From positions 1-36,180 of IMG/VR virus record IMGVR_UViG_3300046824_000128: 36,180 nucleotides of DNA. One strand, given 5' to 3'. Numbering within the stretch: the stretch's first letter is position 1; each line of letters begins with the position of its first letter. Positions 7,854 through 14,450 of the stretch are shown piece by piece. The position numbers were made by a program, and so were the translations under genes. Under the pieces are notes generated by a model, which worked only from the letters and a program-made list of their open reading frames with translations, had not been told where the DNA came from and ran no database searches. The DNA is from a virus.

Positions 7854-8467
7854 CGGCGGGCCTCGGTGGGGTTGGGGTTGCTGGTGGACTTCTGCTCGGC
7901 GAGCTCGCGCACGATCGCGGGCAGCTCCGCGCGCGGCGTCTCGGTCCGCAGCGCCGGGAGCCGGCCGTCGATGGCGATGCGGACCGGCCGCGGGAAACAC
8001 GTCCCGGGCAGCGGCTCGCCTCGCAGCGCGTGCGGCGGCGAGACGACGTAGAGCTCGACCAATTCCTCGAACTTCTTGCGGTCCCAGGTGAGCGCGCGCT
8101 CAGATCGCCCGCAGAGCCATTGCCAGCCGCCCATGTTCCGGATGACGGCGTTCACCGTCGGGCCGAAGTCGACGGTCTGCAGGTAGTCGTAGCGGTCCAT
8201 GGCCGCGCGCACCGCCTCCCAGGCGGCGGCGATCGCCGCCTTGCGCGCGCTCGCCCCGGCGCCGCCCAGGTCGAGCAGCTCGGCCGGGCGCGGGAACCAG
8301 CGGAGCGTCCGCCCGGCGGCCTCGATCGCCGTCAGGAACGTCTCGAGCGGCAGCGGGCGCAGGAGCGCCCAGTAGGCCGCGAGCAGCGGCTTCGTGACCA
8401 CCGCGCCCGTCGCGAGCCCCAGCGCCGTCAGCGCATCCGCGAACGCCCTCTTGTCCTGGTCGGTCAT
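7850..8467 (-). CDS. Replication-associated protein; N-terminal pattern resembles G39P-type helicase loaders (205 aa)
   Basis: ATG 8467 in an ATGA overlap. The motif KPLLAAYWALLRPLPLETFLTAIEAAGRTLRWFPRPAEL resembles the loader family pattern (recognised from memory, unverified). It sits directly downstream of the initiator candidate. Confidence 0.7.
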   Translation of the reverse strand: MTDQDKRAFADALTALGLATGAVVTKPLLAAYWALLRPLPLETFLTAIEAAGRTLRWFPRPAELLDLGGAGASARKAAIAAAWEAVRAAMDRYDYLQTVDFGPTVNAVIRNMGGWQWLCGRSERALTWDRKKFEELVELYVVSPPHALRGEPLPGTCFPRPVRIAIDGRLPALRTETPRAELPAIVRELAEQKSTSNPNPTEARR

Positions 8468-9198
8468 GGTCGCCCCTCCTCGGCCCATTCGGCCGCCAGC
8501 GTCTCCTGTTCCGCGTGCCCCGCCGCGAGCGCGGCCGCGCGCGACAGCCGCACCGCCGGCACCGGCGCCGGCTCGTAAACCTCCTCGAAGCCCCTGTACG
8601 CGATCCAGCGGCACACGTCCTTCGGATACGTGTCGCCGAGGCTGGCGAGGTACTCGCCCCACTTGCGCGTCAGCAGCTCGGCGGGCGGGCTGCCGCGCTC
8701 GCGCCAGCGCTTGAGCGCCTCGGACTTGAGGCCCTTCGGCCGCGGGCTGGCGATCGCCTCCCAGAACCGGGAGAACTCCCCAGGGTACTCCGTGCGGGCG
8801 ACTGGCTTGCCCCCGCCCGCGGCGCTGACCTTCACGCGCACGGGATCAACTTCTTGGGATCTCACTCGGAGAGGATCCGGATCTGGATCTGCGAGAGGAT
8901 CGGAAGGGGAGATCGGAGAGGGAGCCGGAGACAGACCCCCCCCAACCCCCCCGCCGCCATTAGCCGCGAGGGGTTGCGATATACCGGGACCGGTTGGAAC
9001 CGGTTGCAACCGGTGGGGACTAATCGCAACCGGTAGGAACTGGTGGGGACCGGTTGCAACCCGCAGGGACGTGGGGTCCACCGTTTCGGTGGTCGACCAG
9101 CGGGCGCCGCAGGGGCACTCGCGCCGGCGCTTGTCCTCGACGCCCTTCCAGGTGTCGACCACGCGGGACGCGGCGGCGCCGCAGGCGGGGCAGTCCAT
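8464..9198 (-). CDS. Replication initiator/organizer candidate (244 aa): N-terminal NrdR-like Zn ribbon, low-complexity linker, C-terminal FW..YP..K..A..W module
   Basis: MDCPACG...RRRECPCGARWSTTE is a zinc ribbon. EFSRFWEAI..PKGLKSEALKRW resembles a module common in prophage replication regions. The linker is encoded by the phased repeat array. ATG 9198 shares one nucleotide with the upstream TGA; an alternative ATG is at 9222. Confidence 0.7.
   Translation of the reverse strand: MDCPACGAAASRVVDTWKGVEDKRRRECPCGARWSTTETVDPTSLRVATGPHQFLPVAISPHRLQPVPTGPGISQPLAANGGGGVGGGLSPAPSPISPSDPLADPDPDPLRVRSQEVDPVRVKVSAAGGGKPVARTEYPGEFSRFWEAIASPRPKGLKSEALKRWRERGSPPAELLTRKWGEYLASLGDTYPKDVCRWIAYRGFEEVYEPAPVPAVRLSRAAALAAGHAEQETLAAEWAEEGRP
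8843..8914. repeat. Cluster of 7 GATC sites (6 as GGATC) within about 70 bp
   Basis: GATC at 8844, 8858, 8874, 8880, 8886, 8898 and 8911. This is far denser than expected for this base composition. It is adjacent to the ACCGGT array. Confidence 0.85.
8989..9064. repeat. Helically phased array of the palindromic hexamer ACCGGT (exact 10-bp register); iteron-like, putative origin of replication
   Basis: ACCGGT at 8989, 8999, 9009, 9029 and 9049; degenerate copies at 9039 (ACTGGT) and 9059 (ACCCGC). The array includes the 16-bp perfect palindrome ACCGGTTGCAACCGGT at 8999-9014. Confidence 0.8.
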
Positions 9199-9518
9199 CA
9201 GGCGGTCTCCGCCGGGCAGCATCCGCAGGGCGGCAGGCTCTCGTACCAGACGGCGTGCGCTGGCGCGGCGGCGTACCGCTTCCTGACCTGGGCAGCGTCG
9301 ATGCGCGCGCCGATCGCGTCGTGGCCTGTCGGCTCGCGGCGGATCCTGGTGGCCTCCGCCTCGAGCCTTGGCTGCGCCGCCGCGTTCTCCGAAGCGTCGG
9401 CAGCGTCCCGAGCGTCGCGCTCGGCGCGGCGGCGACCCATGTGCTCGGCGAAGTGACGCCGGCGAGTCGCTGGGGTCCTGTTGTCGCAGGCGGGTGCGAA
9501 CAAGCTGGTCTGTCTCAT
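9198..9518 (-). CDS. Hypothetical protein (106 aa)
   Basis: ATG 9518 in an ATGA overlap with the upstream stop. Its own stop shares a nucleotide with the next ATG. Moderate to high GC3. Confidence 0.6.
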   Translation of the reverse strand: MRQTSLFAPACDNRTPATRRRHFAEHMGRRRAERDARDAADASENAAAQPRLEAEATRIRREPTGHDAIGARIDAAQVRKRYAAAPAHAVWYESLPPCGCCPAETA

Positions 9519-10012
9519 GAACGGCTCCGGTTTCGCTTGTGGCGCGCCAGCACGCTGGCCCTGTTCGCCTGATACCAGGCTCGCTGATACGCGCGCCTCT
9601 CCTCTCGGTGGGCGTGGTAGTACGCCAGAGCCTCGGCGCGCCGCTTGGCCGCATGACGCTGACGGGACGCGCGTATCAGCTCGAGCTGTCGATCGCGGTT
9701 TGCCCAGTACCGCGCCCTGCGTTGGCGCGCGAGCTTCTCCTTGTTCGCGGCCTCGTACCGGCGGGACTGCGCGCGGTAGACCTCGGGCCGCCGCCGGCGG
9801 GAGCGGAGCTTCTCGAGCCGCTTGATCTCGGTGGCGCGCGCCCTCTCGGCCAGCCGCGTCTCTCGGTCGGGGCGGTCGAAGTCCCGCAGGCGGCCGCGCG
9901 ACATGCCCTGCAGCACCGGGCGCCCGTCCTCGAACCCAACGAACGACGCCTGCGCGTCGACAGGGCGCCCAAGGATCTCGTCGGCCATCAATTCCAGGAC
10001 GTCAGCCCGCAT
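9515..10012 (-). CDS. Arg-rich helical protein (165 aa) with periodic R..Y..N.E....R repeats
   Basis: ATG 10012 lies 5 nt downstream of a strong GGAGG. The track N-terminus (MPSAFGGRGCC...) is rejected. Confidence 0.7.
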   Translation of the reverse strand: MRADVLELMADEILGRPVDAQASFVGFEDGRPVLQGMSRGRLRDFDRPDRETRLAERARATEIKRLEKLRSRRRRPEVYRAQSRRYEAANKEKLARQRRARYWANRDRQLELIRASRQRHAAKRRAEALAYYHAHREERRAYQRAWYQANRASVLARHKRNRSRS

Positions 10013-10106
10013 AGGACCTCCCCAGCACCAGGGCCAAGCGCAGCATCCACGGCCACCGAATGCGCTCGGCAATCCAGAGCGCGAAAGAGAACGCAGCCCA
10101 CCTCAC
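10002..10106 (-). CDS. Possible 34-aa Trp-rich hydrophobic peptide
   Basis: GTG 10106 sits in a GTGA overlap with the upstream stop, the same coupling pattern as its neighbours. Below the track size cutoff and speculative. Confidence 0.3.
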   Translation of the reverse strand: MRWAAFSFALWIAERIRWPWMLRLALVLGRSYAG

Positions 10107-10543
10107 GCCACCGCCCCCCGCCCGGCGCTGAACGCCTCGAACCGCCCGCGATGGATCGCGACCTGCTGCTCGTCCCACTCGCGGCGCCGCGACAGCTTCC
10201 AGCCCTTGAAGTAGCCGGTGAACTGGTCGTGCTCGGCGTGGCAGCCGCGGGCGATGTGACTGTCGGTTACGACATAGACGACGCCCTTGACCTTCTTCTC
10301 CCGCTCGCCATCGAAGACCAGGTGCGGCCCGCAGAGCGGAATCACCTCCGCGTCCGAGCCGTGCTTCATCCCGACGCCGCCCTGGCCGACGTGAGCCGCC
10401 TCGATATTCTGCATCGTCCCGCAGACGCAGCAGGGCTGGTCGTGGATCCAGGCCAGATACTCGGCGTGGTCGACGTTCGCCTCCTGGTGCTTCGTGCGCC
10501 GGCGCCGGGGCATGGGGCCGCGCTTCAGGGGGCTGCGCTTCAA
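10103..10543 (-). CDS. DUF968/NinG-like HNH-family protein (about 146 aa)
   Basis: LKRSPLKRG..., YLAWIHDQPCCVCG...EAAHV...KHGSDAEVIPLCGPH resembles prophage DUF968/HNH-type proteins. The start is uncertain: TTG 10543 (TTGA overlap) or GTG 10579. Confidence 0.65.
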   Translation of the reverse strand: MKRSPLKRGPMPRRRRTKHQEANVDHAEYLAWIHDQPCCVCGTMQNIEAAHVGQGGVGMKHGSDAEVIPLCGPHLVFDGEREKKVKGVVYVVTDSHIARGCHAEHDQFTGYFKGWKLSRRREWDEQQVAIHRGRFEAFSAGRGAVA

Positions 10544-10788
10544 AACGGCGCCTCCGCCCAGGCCCGCGCCCGCTGCCACGCCGCCCGGACATGCACCGCC
10601 GTGCGCGCCTCGAGATCCGCGAGCGCCGCCGCCCGCAGCTCGGGCCGCGCGGCTATCGCCTCGCTCGTCCGGATGGTGTCGATGAGGACCGCCCGCGCCT
10701 CTGTCCTGTCGAGCCCCGCCGCATGGGCGGCGCCGAGCGCCCGCTCGGACGCCGCGACCTCGACGATGGCGAAGCCGATGGCGATCAC
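10540..10788 (-). CDS. Hypothetical Ala-rich helical protein (82 aa)
   Basis: GTG 10788 in a GTGA overlap with the stop of the int ORF. High GC3. Confidence 0.6.
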   Translation of the reverse strand: MIAIGFAIVEVAASERALGAAHAAGLDRTEARAVLIDTIRTSEAIAARPELRAAALADLEARTAVHVRAAWQRARAWAEAPF

Positions 10789-12383
10789 GACGGCCCCTCG
10801 GGATCCTCGTCGAGGATCTGCACGAGCCCGAGCAGCGTCCGCCGGAGCGCGCGCCGGTCGCGATCGTCGACCCACGCCTGCCGCGCCCGGCCGAGAGCGG
10901 TCGATATCGGGTCAGCTACGTCGGTAGTGTCGTCGACGTCGTCGGCGGCGAGGAGGCGGTCAGCGCCGTTCTGCTCCCCGTTCGAGGCTCCCGGCATTGT
11001 GGTCGCCGCGACCAGAATGGGTCGTTTTGACGCGCTTTCTGACGCCCCGGGACGCACCGAAGTGCTTGGAATCCCTATGGTTTGGTCGCGTCCGATGCCT
11101 TGAGGTGCTAGCGGGTGTAAACCCATGGGGGTTCGATTCCCCCTCCTCGCACGGTCTGAATCGTCATTGGAATCAGGTACTTGGCCAGCAGGGCCCGAAG
11201 GGGTCCGCGCCTCCCTGCTCCCCCCCTGACCGGAACGGCGACCACTTTGGCGACCAGAATGGGGCCACAGCTCGTGGTTCGAGGCCTTCGGCTCCGCGGC
11301 AGCCGATGCGGCCAGCACCTCGGAGCCGGCGTTCTTGGCGGGCCGCATGTACCTGGCCGTCGTCGCCGGCTGCCGGTGCCCCGCTAAGTACATCAGCCCG
11401 ACCAGGTTGTCGCTCGACTGCCCCATCTCGGTGAGTCGGCTGTGCCTGAAGTCGTAGTCCGTGATCCGATCGCATCGCGGGGCCTCGATGCCGGCGGCCT
11501 TCGCCGCCTTCCGCAGCGCGATGCGAAAGTCGTGCGCCCCGAAGATGAGCCCGACCTCGGGGCAGATCCGATCGAGCGCCTCCCGCGCCTTCGGGGAGAG
11601 CGGCAGCGTGCGCCCAAACCGGTTCTTGTCCGCCTCATCGCGGATGACCATCTCCTCGGCCCCCCGCCGGTAGTCGTCGGGCGCGCGCAGCTCGGCCAGC
11701 GTCTCGGGCCGCAGGGCGGTCTCCCACGCGACCACGAACCGGTGGCGCACCGAGAACGCCGGCTTGCCCCCGCGCCGCGCCTTGATCCAGTCGGGCAGCT
11801 TCGCGATCACGCGCTGGATCTCGACGCCGGTGAAGATCGTCGAGGCGCGCCGCTTGCCCTCGACGCGCGTGCCGAGCGTCTTCTTCCCGGGCGTCTTGAT
11901 CTCGGGCTGCGCCGCGAGGTGATTGTGCGCCACCGCGTAGGCGGCGATCTGGCGCAGCGCCGACAGCTCCTTCTTGAGCGTCTCTCGCGTTACCTTCTTG
12001 AGCCGAGCCGAGACATACGCGGCGGCCCCGGTCGACGAGAGATCGCCGATGCTCTTGAACGCGCGCATGAAGTGGTTGCCGACGTAGGTCGTCTCGTAGA
12101 GCTTGTACGTCTCGGGGTCGATGCTCGATTCAATCTCGGCGAGCCACTCGGACGCGACGTCGAGGAACGGCGCGCCGCCCGAGCTCGCTACCGCGTGGGC
12201 CTGGTCGTATCGACCGGAAACAACCTCGGCGTAGATGCGAGCTGCCTCGCTTTGAGCCGCGCCGCGATCTCGCGCGCCCGCGAGGAGGAGGTTGCGGCGA
12301 CGGCCGTTGTGCGAGAAGCGCGCGTAGAAGTTCCCCGTGCGCCGATCTTGTCCGAGCTTCCAACCTTTTGGTCGTCCAGCCAT
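10785..12383 (-). CDS. int: Tyrosine recombinase/phage integrase (532-codon ORF; catalytic domain ends near codon 350, and the frame stays open through attP)
   Basis: Catalytic signature: ALRPE (Arg), DFRHSR (His-x-x-Arg), LAGHRQ (His), ARYMRP (Tyr, about residue 345). N-terminal arm-type region GNFYARFSHNGRR. GGAGGA Shine-Dalgarno before ATG 12383. Codons about 372-466 have noncoding-like GC3, and codons 463-532 look coding again. Confidence 0.9.
   Translation of the reverse strand: MAGRPKGWKLGQDRRTGNFYARFSHNGRRRNLLLAGARDRGAAQSEAARIYAEVVSGRYDQAHAVASSGGAPFLDVASEWLAEIESSIDPETYKLYETTYVGNHFMRAFKSIGDLSSTGAAAYVSARLKKVTRETLKKELSALRQIAAYAVAHNHLAAQPEIKTPGKKTLGTRVEGKRRASTIFTGVEIQRVIAKLPDWIKARRGGKPAFSVRHRFVVAWETALRPETLAELRAPDDYRRGAEEMVIRDEADKNRFGRTLPLSPKAREALDRICPEVGLIFGAHDFRIALRKAAKAAGIEAPRCDRITDYDFRHSRLTEMGQSSDNLVGLMYLAGHRQPATTARYMRPAKNAGSEVLAASAAAEPKASNHELWPHSGRQSGRRSGQGGSREARTPSGPAGQVPDSNDDSDRARRGNRTPMGLHPLAPQGIGRDQTIGIPSTSVRPGASESASKRPILVAATTMPGASNGEQNGADRLLAADDVDDTTDVADPISTALGRARQAWVDDRDRRALRRTLLGLVQILDEDPEGPS
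11000..11263. mobile_element. attP region: tRNA-like core flanked by GCGACCA arm-type repeats
   Basis: 14-bp perfect direct repeat GCGACCAGAATGGG at 11008-11021 and 11250-11263. Extra GCGACCA at 11238-11244. Inverted copies TGGTCGC at 11000-11006 and 11083-11089. Locally lower GC. Confidence 0.7.
11100..11151 (+). other. attP core: 3' half of a class II (Leu-like, GAG anticodon-loop-like) tRNA; not a complete tRNA gene
   Basis: Loop-like TTGAGGT, variable-arm hairpin GGGT-GTAA-ACCC, T arm GGGGG-TTCGATT-CCCCC, acceptor 3' strand TCCTCGC, discriminator A. No matching 5' acceptor strand (GCGAGGA) or D arm upstream. Confidence 0.7.
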
Positions 12384-12562
12384 GTTCGCAAATCCTCCTG
12401 TTCGATGAGCACACGAGAGCCGATGACGATGACGGCGAGATGCGGCTGCACCGCGCGCTCGAACGTACGGATCGAGATGTGGCAGATGTCCGCCGCCTCC
12501 TGCCGCGTGAGCAAGGGCGAGCGGCGCGCGGTTGCGACCGGCGGCGCGACGAGCCCGATCAT
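12188..12562 (-). CDS. xis: Excisionase-family (MerR-like winged HTH) DNA-binding protein; the ORF tail overlaps the int start by 196 nt
   Basis: LLTRQEAADICHISIRTFERAV...GSRVLIEQEDLRTWL is the typical excisionase/AlpA-type pattern. ATG 12562 in an ATGA overlap. It lies directly upstream of int. The tail beyond 12383 has low GC3. Confidence 0.75.
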   Translation of the reverse strand: MIGLVAPPVATARRSPLLTRQEAADICHISIRTFERAVQPHLAVIVIGSRVLIEQEDLRTWLDDQKVGSSDKIGARGTSTRASRTTAVAATSSSRAREIAARLKARQLASTPRLFPVDTTRPTR

Positions 12563-12750
12563 GGCTTCTTCCTCGAGCGCCGATAGTCGGCCAGGGCGCG
12601 CCGATAGTCGACCTCGGCGCAGAACCGCCCGAGCTCGCGAATAAACAGGTTCATCACCTCATCAGGTAGCGGATCCAGCAAGACCGTTCCCGGCGGCAGC
12701 TGCGGCTTCTTCCCGGCCGGCTTCGACGGGGGGCGGCGCTTTTTGCTCAC
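12559..12750 (-). CDS. Small basic protein (63 aa), paralog of 13397..13573
   Basis: GTG 12750 in a GTGA overlap. Shares SK..PPSK...IRE...C.EV..RRA with the 58-aa protein. Confidence 0.6.
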   Translation of the reverse strand: MSKKRRPPSKPAGKKPQLPPGTVLLDPLPDEVMNLFIRELGRFCAEVDYRRALADYRRSRKKP

Positions 12751-13400
12751 GTCGCCGCCTTCGGCAGGTAGGCCGCGGCTCGCACTCGCAGCTCGGCGAG
12801 CAGCTTGCGGGAATTCGCGGGATCTTTGTCCCGGTCGCACTCGGCATCGAGGATCGGGAAGCCGCCCGCGATTGACGCCTCGACCTCGGACCGCGTGGCT
12901 TCGCGGCCCTCGGCGAACCAGAGGACCTCATCGGGCTCGCCGACGCTGATGAGGGGATGGCCCTGGTCGTCGGGGAACAGCTCCTGCTCGCGCGTGGTCC
13001 AGACGGCGGCCGCGCCCGGGTTCCGGCTGATGCTGAGCCCGGGCGAGACGAGGTTCACGTCGTCGTAGCCCTTCACCTCGCGGCGGTGCATGTGGGGCTT
13101 GCTGAGGAACGGGCAGGCGGTGGCGCTGTAGATGGCGCACTCGCGATGGCAGGCCGGCTCCGCCGTCGTCCGGGTGATCGTGCACATCGGCCCCAGCACG
13201 AACGAGCCGTGCCGCCCGCGCTCCTGACCGCAGACCCAGCACCGCTTAAAACGGATGGCGTCGGCGAACTTCCCCTCACCGATGATCCGAAACTCCGGCT
13301 TGCCGTCCTGCCAGTGCACGAACCAGGGTACCGGCACCCCGAGCTGCGGGTCGATGGGGAGCGCTGCGACCCGGCTGGGGATGGCGATGTCGGCTTTCAT
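12747..13400 (-). CDS. Conserved-looking Cys/His-rich phage protein (217 aa)
   Basis: Full-length track ORF. The motif CWVCG...GPMC...EPACHRECAIYSATACPFL suggests metal binding. High GC3. Confidence 0.8.
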   Translation of the reverse strand: MKADIAIPSRVAALPIDPQLGVPVPWFVHWQDGKPEFRIIGEGKFADAIRFKRCWVCGQERGRHGSFVLGPMCTITRTTAEPACHRECAIYSATACPFLSKPHMHRREVKGYDDVNLVSPGLSISRNPGAAAVWTTREQELFPDDQGHPLISVGEPDEVLWFAEGREATRSEVEASIAGGFPILDAECDRDKDPANSRKLLAELRVRAAAYLPKAAT

Positions 13401-13573
13401 CGTCCCCCCCGCGCGCGCCGTTGTTCGACCTCAGTACAGAGCAGCGCCACCTCGCGAATGATCCGGTCGGTTGCCTTGTCGAGCAGCGGCCAGGGCGCCG
13501 CGACGAGCCGTGTCTTCAAACGTGGCGTAATAACTGGGCTTTTAGACGGGGGGGGGGGCGTTATTTTGCTCAT
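13397..13573 (-). CDS. Small protein (58 aa) containing a C11 homopolymer (PPPP)
   Basis: ATG 13573 in an ATGA overlap on both sides. Below the track cutoff as a stand-alone ORF. Locally AT-richer codons. Confidence 0.55.
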   Translation of the reverse strand: MSKITPPPPSKSPVITPRLKTRLVAAPWPLLDKATDRIIREVALLCTEVEQRRARGGR

Positions 13574-13833
13574 CGGTTTTGCTCCCCGGCGCGCTCGACA
13601 TCGTTCGCCGACGCTGGCGTCACGCGCGCATTCGCGAGCAGCGCATCGACGCTGGCGCGCGAGATCCGGTAAGTCGGCTTCGCCGCGCCGGCGGGGCGGA
13701 GATCGAAGGCGACCAGCGAGCCGGCGGCGATGTGCCGGTAGATCCGCGCATGGTCGCAGTCGAGGATCCGCGCGACCTCGCTGACCCTGTAGACCACCCG
13801 ATCGTCGTGATACCTCATGCGCGGCTCGCCCAT
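13570..13833 (-). CDS. Second excisionase-family/MerR-like HTH protein (87 aa); first gene of a leftward transcription unit
   Basis: YRVSEVARILDCDHARIYRHIAAGSLVAFDL....YRISRASVDALL. GAGGTGGA Shine-Dalgarno before ATG 13833. Preceded by a 185-nt intergenic region. Confidence 0.8.
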   Translation of the reverse strand: MGEPRMRYHDDRVVYRVSEVARILDCDHARIYRHIAAGSLVAFDLRPAGAAKPTYRISRASVDALLANARVTPASANDVERAGEQNR

Positions 13834-13908
13834 CTATCCACCTCACCCGGGTCGCGCGCCCTCCCCCCAAACAGGCGCGCGATCGCTCGGTAGCGTTAAA
13901 GGACCATC

Positions 13909-13937
13909 ACCGTAGGCTCGTGTTCTTGGGGCGTCAA
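13909..13937 (-). promoter_or_regulatory. Candidate sigma70-type promoter (TTGACG-N17-TACGGT) for the 13833 unit
   Basis: Hexamers read on the minus strand in the AT-richer intergenic region. The weak -10 makes this tentative. A hairpin (13853-13860/13874-13881) lies in the predicted leader. Confidence 0.3.
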
Positions 13938-14018
13938 CCTGAAAAGTAATCTTTTCTTGCCGTCAGGTCGAGTATGTGCGTGGTCGTCCCGGGGAGGTGC
14001 GAGCATCGGCGCGCGGCT

Positions 14019-14450
14019 TCATCGCAGCGTCGCCTCGTAGGCCGCCCACGCCGCCCGCGCCCGCGCAACGTCCGCCTCGCTGCCGACCCAACCCGCGCCG
14101 CACGACGGGCAGAACAGCGTCGAGGACGGCGGCCCCTCGAAGCGCTCGACGCCGGACTCCTTGATCGGCGTGCCCAGCTCCAGCTTGCAGCGCGGGCACG
14201 GCGGACAGTCCCGCTCCGGGTCGGCGATGTCGAGGCGCGCGAGCAGGTCACGGATCGCCGCGCGCCGGTCGGTGCCGTCGGGCAGCTCGCCGCAGTACCA
14301 ATCCGCCGCCCCCCGCAGCAGCGCCAGCATCTCGGGCGCGGCTGCCATCAGCGGGCCGTTCCGCTCGATGTGCCGCGAGACGACGTCGCCGTTGACGTCG
14401 ACGACCCACCCGTCCTCGAATCGCCACGGCCCCGGGCTGGGCTCGCTCAC
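14019..14450 (-). CDS. Phage protein (143 aa) with an AAAPEMLALL-type motif and a C-terminal Zn ribbon
   Basis: GTG 14450 in a GTGA overlap. PGPWRFEDGW...NGPLMAAAPEMLALL resembles a widespread prophage domain. CPPCPRC...CPSCG is a zinc ribbon. Confidence 0.7.
   Translation of the reverse strand: MSEPSPGPWRFEDGWVVDVNGDVVSRHIERNGPLMAAAPEMLALLRGAADWYCGELPDGTDRRAAIRDLLARLDIADPERDCPPCPRCKLELGTPIKESGVERFEGPPSSTLFCPSCGAGWVGSEADVARARAAWAAYEATLR

Noticed and set aside
8989-9064. CRISPR array or mobile-element terminal repeats as an explanation for the periodic repeats
   Set aside because: The period is only 10 bp with no spacers, the unit is a 6-bp palindrome, there is no cas or transposase context, and the array lies inside an intact ORF.
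10785-10997. Annotating the last 70 codons of the int frame as an independent gene
   Set aside because: This is plausible from GC3 and an in-frame ATG at 10997. But no stop separates it from int, so it cannot be resolved from sequence alone. It is reported within the attP/int finding instead.
11040-11151. A complete tRNA gene at the int 3' region
   Set aside because: Only the anticodon-loop-to-3'-end part folds. No 5' acceptor strand complementary to TCCTCGC exists upstream, there is no proper D arm or anticodon stem, and no CCA is encoded. It is interpreted as the attP core copy of a host tRNA 3' half.
13889-13907. A fifth copy of the late motif (TCGGTAGCGTTAAAGGACC), and the CGGTAGCGA match at about 2476
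   Set aside because: Only the CGGTAGCG core matches and the rest diverges. One candidate lies in a minus-strand control region and the other inside a CDS. The similarity is compatible with chance.
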